Source of the DNA: an uncultured Chloroflexia bacterium
GTDB taxonomy: Bacteria > Chloroflexota > Limnocylindria > Limnocylindrales > CSP1-4
Direction of reading: 5' to 3'
Length of the DNA stretch: 64,000 nt
NCBI GenBank assembly: GCA_963713975.1
Contig: OY970218.1
Span: 1,280,001-1,344,000, forward strand
Position numbers and translations under genes: made by a program. Positions 1 to 8,675 of the stretch are shown here, piece by piece. The notes under the pieces are model-generated. The model was not told the DNA's origin. It did not search any database and worked only from the letters and a program-made list of their open reading frames with translations. Positions within the stretch are counted from its first letter, which is position 1, and the number at the start of each line of letters is the position of its first letter.

Positions 1-370
1 CCTTGCTGCCGACCTTCACCGCGTGCCGGGCTGGATCGGCCGCGACCTCGAGGAACCAGTCGAAGGCGGGCTTGCCGCGGTGGTGGTCGAGCTGGCCAGG
101 ATTGTCCAGGCGCAGGTAGGCGTAGCTCATCCATGCGAGCTCGCTCTTCTGCTCGGCCACGAAGGAGTGACCGTCGGGGTCGCGGAACAGGTGGTCGATG
201 GTGGCCCAGCCGGTGCCCTCGTAGAGCGTGGGGCGCCCGGCCCATGCGTAGGGCGCCTTCGGGTTCTGGCCCCAGATCGGCGGGATGTCCTCGCTGAACA
301 TGCCGAACAGCCGCGAGCGGAAGTTGTCCGCCCGCGTGTCGCCGGTCCGGAAGATCCCCTCGAACTGCAC
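1..370 (-). CDS. Putative PD-(D/E)xK nuclease-like protein, runs off the window edge (not in the ORF track)
   Basis: Manual translation from GTG at 370, with GAGGAGG RBS: MQFEGIFRTGDTRADNFRSRLFGMFSED...WATIDHLFRDPDGHSFVAEQKSELAW...; D...ExK spacing; no stop before the edge. Confidence 0.55.
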   Translation of the reverse strand, partial: MQFEGIFRTGDTRADNFRSRLFGMFSEDIPPIWGQNPKAPYAWAGRPTLYEGTGWATIDHLFRDPDGHSFVAEQKSELAWMSYAYLRLDNPGQLDHHRGKPAFDWFLEVAADPARHAVKVGSK

Positions 371-384
371 CGATCCTCCTCGCG

Positions 385-621
385 CTACCGACCTGCGTTC
401 TCCGCCGCCGTGCAGACCTGGTTCGCCTTCGCCTCGAGGCCCTTGCCCTGCTTCACGTAGCCCCTGGCGGTCTTGAGGCCGGCGCTGTAACGGCCCTGCG
501 CGGCCTTCCTCGCGTCCGAGGCCTTATCGAGGAGCGATGCGATCTCGCTGTCCGCGGTCGCCGAGTCCGAGCCAGCCGGGTAGGCCGCGACCGCCGACCT
601 GGTGGGCGCTCCTCCGCCTCG
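385..621 (-). pseudogene. 3' remnant of a gene whose 5' part is missing
   Basis: Open frame ...AVAAYPAGSDSATADSEIASLLDKASDARKAAQGRYSAGLKTARGYVKQGKGLEAKANQVCTAAENAGR* with coding-like codon bias; no upstream start codon; bounded by an in-frame TAG at 622-624. Confidence 0.45.
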
Positions 622-634
622 CTACGGTTGCGCC

Positions 635-662
635 TTGACAATCAGACTTCTGCCCGGATAAT
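635..662 (+). promoter_or_regulatory. sigma70-type promoter of the tal-tdh-gap-pgk operon
   Basis: TTGACA (635-640), 16 bp spacer, GATAAT (657-662). Confidence 0.65.
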
Positions 663-697
663 AGCAAAGGTTGTGAGCTTCTGGTCAGACTATGATC

Positions 698-735
698 ATG
701 GACGGTCATCACTGAAATGGACGTTCATCACTGAA
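698..735 (+). repeat. 19-bp tandem direct repeat in the operon leader
   Basis: ATGGACGGTCATCACTGAA / ATGGACGTTCATCACTGAA (1 mismatch). Confidence 0.8.
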
Positions 736-795
736 TTCGCCGGACGAGTCCTGATGGGTCGCTTGATCACTGACATGGATGATGCGGAGGTCCAC

Positions 796-1929
796 ATGGG
801 CGCAGGCGCGCTGACGAGAGCTCACGAGCTTGGTGTATCGGTCTCGCTCGACTACATCAGCCGCCGACTCCTTGCCGGGGGCGGCCTCCAGCGTCTGGTC
901 GACGAGGACCACGTGGTTGGCGTGACGTCCAATCCGATCATCTTCGGCAAGGCCATCAGCCAGGACCCGCTGTATGAGTCGCAACTTAGGCAGGTTGATC
1001 CCGATCTGGACGTGGAGCAGGTGGCGCTTGCGCTGATGATCCGCGACATCCAGGATGCCGCCGACATCCTGAGCCCTGTCTACAAAGCGACGGGTCACCG
1101 GGACGGATTTGTCAGTATCGAGGTGTCGCCCCACCTGGCGCACTCGTACGCGGGCACGGTCGCCGCGGCGAAGGCTCTCTGGGCTCGAGTAGATCGGCCT
1201 AATGTCCTCATCAAGATGCCGGCTACGGCCGAGGGGATCGCCGCCTTCGAGGATTGCGTCGCGGGCGGCATCGCCGTGAACATCACGGTCATCTTCTCCT
1301 CCGCGACGTACGAATCGGTTGTCAACGCCTACGTACGCGCCATGAACCTGCGCCACGAGGCCGGCCTCTCGCTCGATGTCGCAACCTACGCGTCCGTCTT
1401 CGTCGGCCGTCTCGATCCGCCGATCGACGCGCTCCTCGATGATCGGATCGCTGCCTCGACATCCCCGGACCAGCGCCGGAGACTCGAGTCCCTTCGCGGG
1501 CGGGGCGCCCTCGCCAACGCCGAGCTCGTGTACAAGCGGTCGGCGGAACTCCGGGCAGCCCTTGGGTCGGACCTCGCCGCGATTGGCGCTCGGTTCCAGC
1601 CGATCATCTGGGCGAGCGTCGGCGTCCGCGGCGACACGCCCCCCACCAAGTATGTGAATGGGCTCCTTGCGCTCGGCTCGACCCTCACGATGCCAGAGGC
1701 CACCTTGGATGCCTTCCGCGCCGATGGCGACACGAGCCGCCCGATGGGGACGAGCCTCGAGGAGTCGCGTGCGGTGTGGGCAGCCCTGACCGCAGAGGGA
1801 ATCAACCCTGATCGCATCACGCATGCCATGGAGGAGGAGATCCTGCGGCTCTTCTCCGAAGCGTATGACGGCATGTGTGCCGAGGTGGCATCGAAGCTCG
1901 CCCAGCTCCGCCCCGTCGCGGCGGGCTGA
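796..1929 (+). CDS. tal: Transaldolase family protein 1 (large actinobacterial type, divergent)
   Basis: GVTSNPIIF, VSIEVSP, Schiff-base Lys in NVLIKMPAT; GGAGG RBS before ATG 796. Confidence 0.85.
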   Translation: MGAGALTRAHELGVSVSLDYISRRLLAGGGLQRLVDEDHVVGVTSNPIIFGKAISQDPLYESQLRQVDPDLDVEQVALALMIRDIQDAADILSPVYKATGHRDGFVSIEVSPHLAHSYAGTVAAAKALWARVDRPNVLIKMPATAEGIAAFEDCVAGGIAVNITVIFSSATYESVVNAYVRAMNLRHEAGLSLDVATYASVFVGRLDPPIDALLDDRIAASTSPDQRRRLESLRGRGALANAELVYKRSAELRAALGSDLAAIGARFQPIIWASVGVRGDTPPTKYVNGLLALGSTLTMPEATLDAFRADGDTSRPMGTSLEESRAVWAALTAEGINPDRITHAMEEEILRLFSEAYDGMCAEVASKLAQLRPVAAG

Positions 1930-1983
1930 CACCACGCCGAGCAGGCGGCATCACGCAGCCGGATCACCCAGAAAGGGAACGTC

Positions 1984-3060
1984 GTGAGCACGTATCGCAT
2001 CGCCGTTATTCCCGGCGACGGAGTCGGTGTCGAGGTGATCCCCGAGGGCCTCAAGGTGCTGAGGCGGGTCGGCGAGGTCACGGGCAGCTTCAGCATCGAG
2101 ACGACCGAGTTCCTATGGTCGTGCGAGTACTACCTCGCCCACGGCGAGATGATGCCGAAGGACGGCGTGGACCAGCTCCGCGACTCGGACGCGATCTACC
2201 TCGGCGCCGTCGGATTTCCGGGCGTCGCTGACCACGTCTCGCTGTGGGGCCTGCTCCTGCCGATCCGCAAGGAGTTCGACCAGTACGTCAACCTCCGGCC
2301 CATCCAGATGTTCGAAGGCATTCCCGGTCCGCTCCGAGACAAGGGCCCCAAGGACATCGACATCCTATGCGTACGGGAGAACACCGAAGGCGAGTACGTC
2401 GGGATGGGAGGCCGCTTTAAGGAGGGCACGCCCGACGAGTCGGCCGTCCAGGTATCGCTTTTCACCCGCAAGGGCGTGGAGCGGATCGCCCGCTACGCGT
2501 TCGGACTCGCCCAGAATCGTCGGAGGATCCTCGCGAGCGCGACGAAGTCCAACGCCCTCAACTACACGGCCGTGATGTGGGACGAGATCGTCGCCGAGAT
2601 CGGGGCCCGCGAGTTCCCTGAGGTGGAGATCACGAGTTACCACGTCGATGCGCTGTCGGCGCGGTTCGTGACGGCACCGGAAACGCTTGACGTGGTGGTT
2701 GCCAGCAACCTGTTCGGCGACATCATCACGGATCTCGGCGGGGCTCTCCAGGGGTCCATGGGGCTGCCCGCCGGCGCGAACCTCAATCCTGAGCGCAAGT
2801 ATCCCTCCATGTTCGAGCCGATCCACGGCTCCGCGCCGCGCCGCGCCGGCCAGGGGATCGGCAACCCGATGGCGACCGTCTGGGCCGGAGCGATGATGCT
2901 GGAGCACCTTGGCGAGACCGAGGCCGCGGGCCTCGTGATGGATGCACTCCGCCATGTCGCCCTGCACGGGCCGCGCACCAAGGATCTCGGCGGGACTACG
3001 CGGACAACCGAGATGGGTGACGCGATCGCCGCCGCGCTCGGCACCGCCGCCCCTCACTGA
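1984..3060 (+). CDS. Tartrate/D-malate dehydrogenase (beta-decarboxylating dehydrogenase family)
   Basis: IAVIPGDGVGVEV, DHVSLWGLL, VRENTEGEY, ATKSN, NLFGDIITD, FEPIHGSAP. Confidence 0.85.
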   Translation: MSTYRIAVIPGDGVGVEVIPEGLKVLRRVGEVTGSFSIETTEFLWSCEYYLAHGEMMPKDGVDQLRDSDAIYLGAVGFPGVADHVSLWGLLLPIRKEFDQYVNLRPIQMFEGIPGPLRDKGPKDIDILCVRENTEGEYVGMGGRFKEGTPDESAVQVSLFTRKGVERIARYAFGLAQNRRRILASATKSNALNYTAVMWDEIVAEIGAREFPEVEITSYHVDALSARFVTAPETLDVVVASNLFGDIITDLGGALQGSMGLPAGANLNPERKYPSMFEPIHGSAPRRAGQGIGNPMATVWAGAMMLEHLGETEAAGLVMDALRHVALHGPRTKDLGGTTRTTEMGDAIAAALGTAAPH

Positions 3061-3132
3061 CAACGTTCCCATTGGCACCGCGGGGCACCTCCTCCGCCCC
3101 GCGGCGCCACTACTAATCCGAAGGAGCTGTTC

Positions 3133-4152
3133 ATGAGCAACCCGCGCGTTCTCGTTGTCGGCTACGGGGTCATTGGCCAGCGCCTCGCCGACGGTGTGGC
3201 CCGCCAGGCCGACATGGACCTCGTCGGCGTGGTCGACGTCGAGCCGACCCTGTCCACGCGCGCCCTCTTCGAGAGCGGCATGCCCTTCCGCCTGTTCGTC
3301 GCGGCATCCGAGCAGAAGGCGGCCTTCGACGCCATCGGGATACCGGTCGCCGGGACGCTCGATGAGGCGCTCGACGAGACGGACATCGTCCTTGACTCCA
3401 CGCCGGGCGGCGTCGGCCGCAAGAACAAGGAGATCTACCAGGCGCGTGGCGTCAAGGCGATCTTCCAGGGCGGCGAGAAGAGCGACATCGTCGACGTCTT
3501 CTTCCACGGCTACGCCAACTACGAGAAGGGCGTCGGCAAGGACTACCTCAAGCTCACGAGCTGCAACACGACGGGTCTCATCCGGGCGGTTGACTGCCTC
3601 GACCGGGCCGTCGGCGTGGAGCGGGTCATGGTGACGATCATCCGTCGGGTGGCCGATCCGGGCGACACCCATCGCGGGCTCGTGGACGTGGCCCAGGTGG
3701 AGCCGGTGCCGAACCACCAGGCCGTGGACCTCATGACGATCATGCCCCACGTGGAGGCTACCGGGCTACTGGTGCACGTCCCCACGACGCACGGCCACAT
3801 TGTGAACGTGATCGCAACGCTCAAGAACCCGCTCGACAAGGCGGGGGCGATCGAGCTGTTCAACGCCCATCCGCGGATCCGCGTCGTCAAGATCGTCGAC
3901 GGGTTCAACTCCAACACCGCCCTCTTCCGCTACGCGCGCGACTTGGGCCACAAGCGCGCCGACATGTACGAGATCGCGGTGTTCGACGAGACCGTGGCGG
4001 TGAGCGGGCGCGAACTGATGTTCGCGATCAACATCCCGCAGGAGGCCGTCGTCACGCCCGAGACGATGGACGCCATCCGTGCCGCGCTGGAGATGCAGAC
4101 CGACCGCCTCGAGGCCGTCGGTCTGACGAACCAGTACCTCGGCATGAAGTAG
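3133..4152 (+). CDS. Archaeal-type (class II) glyceraldehyde-3-phosphate dehydrogenase homologue
   Basis: GYGVIGQRLADGV..Q.DM, IFQGGEK, catalytic SCNTTGL, RRxADP, QEAVVTPETMDAIRA, all class II signatures. Confidence 0.88.
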   Translation: MSNPRVLVVGYGVIGQRLADGVARQADMDLVGVVDVEPTLSTRALFESGMPFRLFVAASEQKAAFDAIGIPVAGTLDEALDETDIVLDSTPGGVGRKNKEIYQARGVKAIFQGGEKSDIVDVFFHGYANYEKGVGKDYLKLTSCNTTGLIRAVDCLDRAVGVERVMVTIIRRVADPGDTHRGLVDVAQVEPVPNHQAVDLMTIMPHVEATGLLVHVPTTHGHIVNVIATLKNPLDKAGAIELFNAHPRIRVVKIVDGFNSNTALFRYARDLGHKRADMYEIAVFDETVAVSGRELMFAINIPQEAVVTPETMDAIRAALEMQTDRLEAVGLTNQYLGMK

Positions 4153-4165
4153 CGGAGCCGGCTTC

Positions 4166-5422
4166 GTGCGGTACGGCATCAGGACGCTCGACGACGTGGA
4201 GGTGCCCGGCAGGACCGTCCTGTGCCGGGTTGACATCAACTCGCCTCTCGACCCGACGACGGGCGGCCTGGCGGACACGACACGCATTCGTGCGTGCGTG
4301 CCCACCGTCCGCGAGTTGTCCGACGCCGGCGCGCGGGTCGTGCTCCTCGCTCACCAGGGCGGAGACCTCGAGTACGAGAACTACGCGTCCACCGAGCCAC
4401 ACGCGGCAATTCTATCGTCGCTCCTCGAGCGGCCGGTCGCGTTCGTCGACGACGTGTGCGGACCCGCAGCCCGCGCCGCGATCGCGGGGCTGGCGGACGG
4501 CGATGTCCTGCTGCTGGACAACGTCCGCTTCGTCGCCGAGGAGATGACGATCTTCGAGACGAAGCTCAACCTTACGCCCGCGCAACAAGCCAAGACGCTG
4601 GTTGTGCGCAAGCTCGCGCCGCTTGCTGACCTGTACGTGTGTGACGCCTTCGCGGCCGTCCATCGCTCCCAGCCATCGCTCGTGGGCTTCGAAGAGGTGC
4701 TGCCCTCGGCGATGGGCCGGCTCTTCGAACTCGAGTACGCATCCCTGAGTCACCTGCGCGAGGATCCGGCCCGCCCCTTCGTCTTCGTGCTGGGCGGGAC
4801 CAAGGTGGACGACGCCTTCCTGATGATGCGCTCGGTGCTCGACGACGGGATCGCCGACATGGTGCTCACCGGCGGGCTCGTGGGCCAGATCATGCTGATC
4901 GCCGCTGGCGTGGACCTGGGTCGGCCGTCCACGGACTTCATCCGGGCCCGCAAGCTCTGGGGCTGGGTCGAGGAGTCGCGCGGGCTGCTCGAGCGCCACG
5001 GCACGAAGATCCTGATGCCCGCGGACGTGGCGTCTGTCCCCAGCGGGGTTCGCCGCGAGGTCGATGTCGGCAACCTCCCGATCGACGAGGTGATCCTCGA
5101 CATCGGGCACAACACGGCCGCGACCTACGCCGAGGCGATCTCGCGCGCGGGGACCGTCTTCGTGAACGGCCCGGTCGGCGTCTTCGAGCAGCCCGAGACC
5201 GCGGCAGGGACGCGCGCGGTTTGGGAGGCCATGGCCGCCGCGCCAGGCCACACGGCTCTCGGGGGAGGGGACAGCATCGCAGCGATGAACCGGTTCGGGC
5301 TTTCCGACCGCTTCGACTACGTATGTACCGCGGGGGGCGGGATGGTGCGCTTCCTGAGTGGCGAGGAGCTCCCGGTGGTAGCAGCGCTCAAGGCCGCTGC
5401 CGGCAGGCCCGCAAGGTCGTGA
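4166..5422 (+). CDS. pgk: Archaeal-type phosphoglycerate kinase homologue
   Basis: RVDINSPLDP, DAFAAVHRSQPSLVGF, VLGGTKVDD, NGPVGVFE, GGGDS, TAGGG. Confidence 0.88.
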   Translation: MRYGIRTLDDVEVPGRTVLCRVDINSPLDPTTGGLADTTRIRACVPTVRELSDAGARVVLLAHQGGDLEYENYASTEPHAAILSSLLERPVAFVDDVCGPAARAAIAGLADGDVLLLDNVRFVAEEMTIFETKLNLTPAQQAKTLVVRKLAPLADLYVCDAFAAVHRSQPSLVGFEEVLPSAMGRLFELEYASLSHLREDPARPFVFVLGGTKVDDAFLMMRSVLDDGIADMVLTGGLVGQIMLIAAGVDLGRPSTDFIRARKLWGWVEESRGLLERHGTKILMPADVASVPSGVRREVDVGNLPIDEVILDIGHNTAATYAEAISRAGTVFVNGPVGVFEQPETAAGTRAVWEAMAAAPGHTALGGGDSIAAMNRFGLSDRFDYVCTAGGGMVRFLSGEELPVVAALKAAAGRPARS

Positions 5423-5467
5423 CGATGCGTCCGGGTTGCGAAGAGAATCCCGTCCCGATTGCGGGAA

Positions 5468-5530
5468 GATGTTTGACATCGGGCGAAAGATGTGCTATCG
5501 TCCACATTCAGGTGTTAGATTTGCACACAA
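5468..5530 (+). promoter_or_regulatory. sigma70 promoter with an overlapping palindromic operator
   Basis: TTGACA 5473-5478, 17 bp, extended -10 TGcTATCGT (5496-5501); GATGT-TTG-ACATC palindrome over the -35. Confidence 0.7.
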
Positions 5531-5671
5531 GTCGTATCTTGAGCGACGCCATGAGGCCTCGAACGAGCCGCTCCGACATCACCGGCCAGGGGGCGGCCCG
5601 GGAGACCGATTCAATGCCGGGTGGCAGGTCCAGCGCAACCTCGAATGTGGTCTCCTTCCTGGAGCCGTGAT

Positions 5672-6403
5672 GTGAGCCAACTCGAAACCCTCTCCGGCCT
5701 TGTCCGCGGCGCAACCGTCGTCGACCTGGCCCCGACGATCGAGAACGGGATGCCGCTGTGGCCGACGCATCCGCCCCTCGTGGTCCATGCGACGCGGACG
5801 CACGAGCGGGACGGCTACTTCTGCCAGACCGTGTTCATGGCCGAGCACACCGGCGCTCACATCGACGTGCCTTCGCACATCCACCCCTCGATGATGGACC
5901 ACACCGTGGACGTGATCCCGGTGGACACCCTCGTGGCCCCGGCCAGTGTCTTCGACCTCAAGCCGCTGGCGCTCCAGCCGGGCGATCTCGTTGATGCATC
6001 CGAACTCGCGCGGGTCGATGCCGCCAATCCAGCCCCGCTCGGTGGGGGCGACATCGCGCTGCTCGACTACGGCTGGCAGCCGCGCTTCAAGGTAGGAGCG
6101 GGCTGGCGGGAGTTCTCTGAGAACTCGCCCGGCCTGACCGAGGATGCGGTGCTCTGGCTCAAAGACCGCGGTGTCCGGGCCGTCGGCGCCGACACGGTCG
6201 CGTGCGACCAGCCGATCAAGGACGGGAAGGTCACGCAGAAGTCGTACGGCCACGACGACCACTGGCTCCCCAACGGGATCTTCATCCTGGAGAACCTGGT
6301 CAACCTCGACAAGCTCCCCGGTCGCGTCTACTTCATCGCACTGCCCCTCAAGATCAAGGGTGGCTCGGGTTCGCCCCTGCGACCGATCGCCCTGGTCCTG
6401 TGA
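5672..6403 (+). CDS. Cyclase family (kynurenine formamidase-like) metal-dependent hydrolase
   Basis: HTGAHIDVPSH motif, ILENL, LPLKIKGGSGSPLR; start reassigned to GTG 5672 behind GGAG. Confidence 0.85.
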   Translation: MSQLETLSGLVRGATVVDLAPTIENGMPLWPTHPPLVVHATRTHERDGYFCQTVFMAEHTGAHIDVPSHIHPSMMDHTVDVIPVDTLVAPASVFDLKPLALQPGDLVDASELARVDAANPAPLGGGDIALLDYGWQPRFKVGAGWREFSENSPGLTEDAVLWLKDRGVRAVGADTVACDQPIKDGKVTQKSYGHDDHWLPNGIFILENLVNLDKLPGRVYFIALPLKIKGGSGSPLRPIALVL

Positions 6404-6488
6404 GCAGGCCCGTGGGAAGCAGCCGAACCATCCCGCACGTCATGCTGGCCACGCTCGTGGTCTGTGCTGGGCAACAGCAGGTGAACCG

Positions 6489-7505
6489 GTGAAAGCACTC
6501 CGGTTCCACGGCCCAAACGACCTCCGCCTAGAGGAACTTCCGCTCCCGGTGCCGGGTCCCGGCGAGGTCCGGATCCGACCTGCGGCCGTCGGCATCTGCG
6601 GAACGGACGTGCACATCCTGGACGGCACGTTCGCGTCGCGCCCGCCGATGACCCTGGGCCACGAGGTTGCGGGCTTCGTCGACGCCGTTGGCGTAGGTGT
6701 CCGCAACACCCGTGAGGGCGACCTCATCACCGTCGAGCCGCACCGCTATTGCGGCGTCTGCCGCTACTGCCGGCTGGGTCGTGAGCACCTGTGCCTGAAC
6801 AAGGAAGCGTACGGCGTCCACCTCGACGGCGGCATGGCCGAATGCCAGGTGATCCCGGAGCGCATCGCCTATCGCCTGCCTGACGGCATGGATCCGAAAG
6901 TCGGCGCACTGGCCGAGCCCCTCTCGTGCGTCGTGCATGCGATGGATCGTCTCCATGCCACCTCGGGGACGTCTGTGGTCATCTTCGGGGCCGGACCGGC
7001 GGGGCTCATTCTCGTGACGCTCTGTCGCCTCGCTGGTCTCGTGCCGATCGTGGTCGTCGAGCCAGACGCGGCTCGGCGCGCCGCAGCCATCGCCTTCGGA
7101 GCACATGGCACGGTTGATCCGAGTACTGACAGCTGGGTGGAGGACGCCCAGAGCCTCGTTGGCGGGGCGGGCTTCGACTCAGTGATCGAGGCCGTTGGAT
7201 CACCGCGAGTCCTGGAGTCCGCGATCCCCCTCGCTGCGCGCGGCGGGACCGTCCTGGTCTTCGGCGTGGCGAACCCCGATGCCACCGCGGTGATCAAGCC
7301 ACAGGAGGTGTTCGCGAAGGAGCTGACCATTCTGGGGACCGTCATCAACCCGTACACCCATCACCGCGCCGTAGAGCTGCTTCCCGGGCTGGGGCTTGAC
7401 CGATTAGGGATCAGGTCGTTCCCGCTGGACGCGCACGCCGAGGCGTTCGAGGCGCATCACAAGCGAGTCGCCGGCAAGGTGCAGTTCGCGCCCCAGGGCT
7501 CGTAA
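6489..7505 (+). CDS. Zn-dependent alcohol/polyol dehydrogenase (MDR, sorbitol DH-like)
   Basis: GICGTD, GHE, CxxCxxCx7C, GAGPAG; start GTG 6489. Confidence 0.88.
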   Translation: MKALRFHGPNDLRLEELPLPVPGPGEVRIRPAAVGICGTDVHILDGTFASRPPMTLGHEVAGFVDAVGVGVRNTREGDLITVEPHRYCGVCRYCRLGREHLCLNKEAYGVHLDGGMAECQVIPERIAYRLPDGMDPKVGALAEPLSCVVHAMDRLHATSGTSVVIFGAGPAGLILVTLCRLAGLVPIVVVEPDAARRAAAIAFGAHGTVDPSTDSWVEDAQSLVGGAGFDSVIEAVGSPRVLESAIPLAARGGTVLVFGVANPDATAVIKPQEVFAKELTILGTVINPYTHHRAVELLPGLGLDRLGIRSFPLDAHAEAFEAHHKRVAGKVQFAPQGS

Positions 7506-7558
7506 GGCCGCGGGCTACCCCGCTGGACAACCCAAGTCTGCGAACAATGGAGGAGATC

Positions 7559-8560
7559 ATGACGTTCATCCAGAGCCGGACACGGGTCATCGGACTCGTG
7601 GCGGCCAGTGCCATTCTGCTGTCGGCCTGCGGCAGTGCCGCGTCCAGCCCGGCAGCCTCCGCCGCCCCGGCATCGGCGGCCGCGAAGGCCTTCAACGTCG
7701 GCATCGTCGCGTTCGACAGCACCTCGCCGATCGACGCGATCTTCGCGAACAGCACCAAGGCCAAGCTCGAGGCGCTTGGCAACACGACGCTGATGCAGGA
7801 TCCGAAGGGCGATCCGGGCCAGGCCAACACGATCTGCACCCAGTACGTCACCGCCAAGGTCGACGCGATCATCGTGACCGTCTTTGCGCAGGACCAGATG
7901 GCCCAGTGCAATGCCGGGGCCAAGGAAGCCGGTATCCCGGTGTTCTACCTCGGCACGCCGCTTCTCGACGGCATGGCGGGCGCCGTGTCGTTCGTGTCCG
8001 CAAAGCCGGTCAACGACGTCTTCATCAAGTACGTCGTCGACAATAAGGTCACCGACATCCTCGCCCTCGACTACTCGCCGGGCACTCCGTGCCGCCTCCG
8101 GGCGGAGTACCGCACCGAGCTCCTCGCTGCGCAGGCACCGGACGTCAAGGTCAGCAAGCACGAGTTCCCGATCCCGGGCCAGACCGTCGACGCGCAGAAC
8201 GCGACGGCGGCGTGGCTGGCCGCACACCCCGAAGGCGCTGGCAAGTACGCCATCTGGGCCTGCTTCGCCGACCCGACCGCAGGAGCCGGCGCGGCACTGA
8301 ATCAGGTCGGCCGGACAGACGTGCCGATCTTCACCTGGGACTTCAACAAGACGATCATGCCCGCCATCCAGTCGGGCCAGATCGCTGCTGACGCTTACCT
8401 CAACGCGACCGAGGTCGGTAACACGGGCGCCCAGATGGTCCAGGACTACCTGAACGGCGACAAGACCCCCAAGGGCGTGGACGCGCCGACCGTCATCCTC
8501 GACAAGACCAATGTCGACCAGTTCGTCAAGGATCATCCCGAGGCCCTCGGGACCGAGTAG
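7559..8560 (+). CDS. Sugar ABC transporter substrate-binding lipoprotein (RbsB-like)
   Basis: Lipobox LSAC, Ala-rich linker, periplasmic binding protein type 1 pattern. Confidence 0.85.
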   Translation: MTFIQSRTRVIGLVAASAILLSACGSAASSPAASAAPASAAAKAFNVGIVAFDSTSPIDAIFANSTKAKLEALGNTTLMQDPKGDPGQANTICTQYVTAKVDAIIVTVFAQDQMAQCNAGAKEAGIPVFYLGTPLLDGMAGAVSFVSAKPVNDVFIKYVVDNKVTDILALDYSPGTPCRLRAEYRTELLAAQAPDVKVSKHEFPIPGQTVDAQNATAAWLAAHPEGAGKYAIWACFADPTAGAGAALNQVGRTDVPIFTWDFNKTIMPAIQSGQIAADAYLNATEVGNTGAQMVQDYLNGDKTPKGVDAPTVILDKTNVDQFVKDHPEALGTE

Positions 8561-8675
8561 CCCGTTCACTCGCCTCTGGTGAGACACTCGGCCCGGTCGG
8601 CGTGAGCCGGCCGGGTCGAGCCCTCAGTCGACCCCCCACATCGTCGGCAGGTAGTGGCTGAAGCAGAGGACAACC

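Noticed and set aside
698-735. Repeats as a possible CRISPR array (also 54638-54745)
   Set aside because: No spacers, wrong periodicity, no cas genes
628-795. N-terminal extension of the transaldolase in the ORF track (similarly 5621, 6144, 12902, 34185, 36189)
   Set aside because: Overlaps promoters or upstream genes; downstream starts have an RBS or match the family N-terminus
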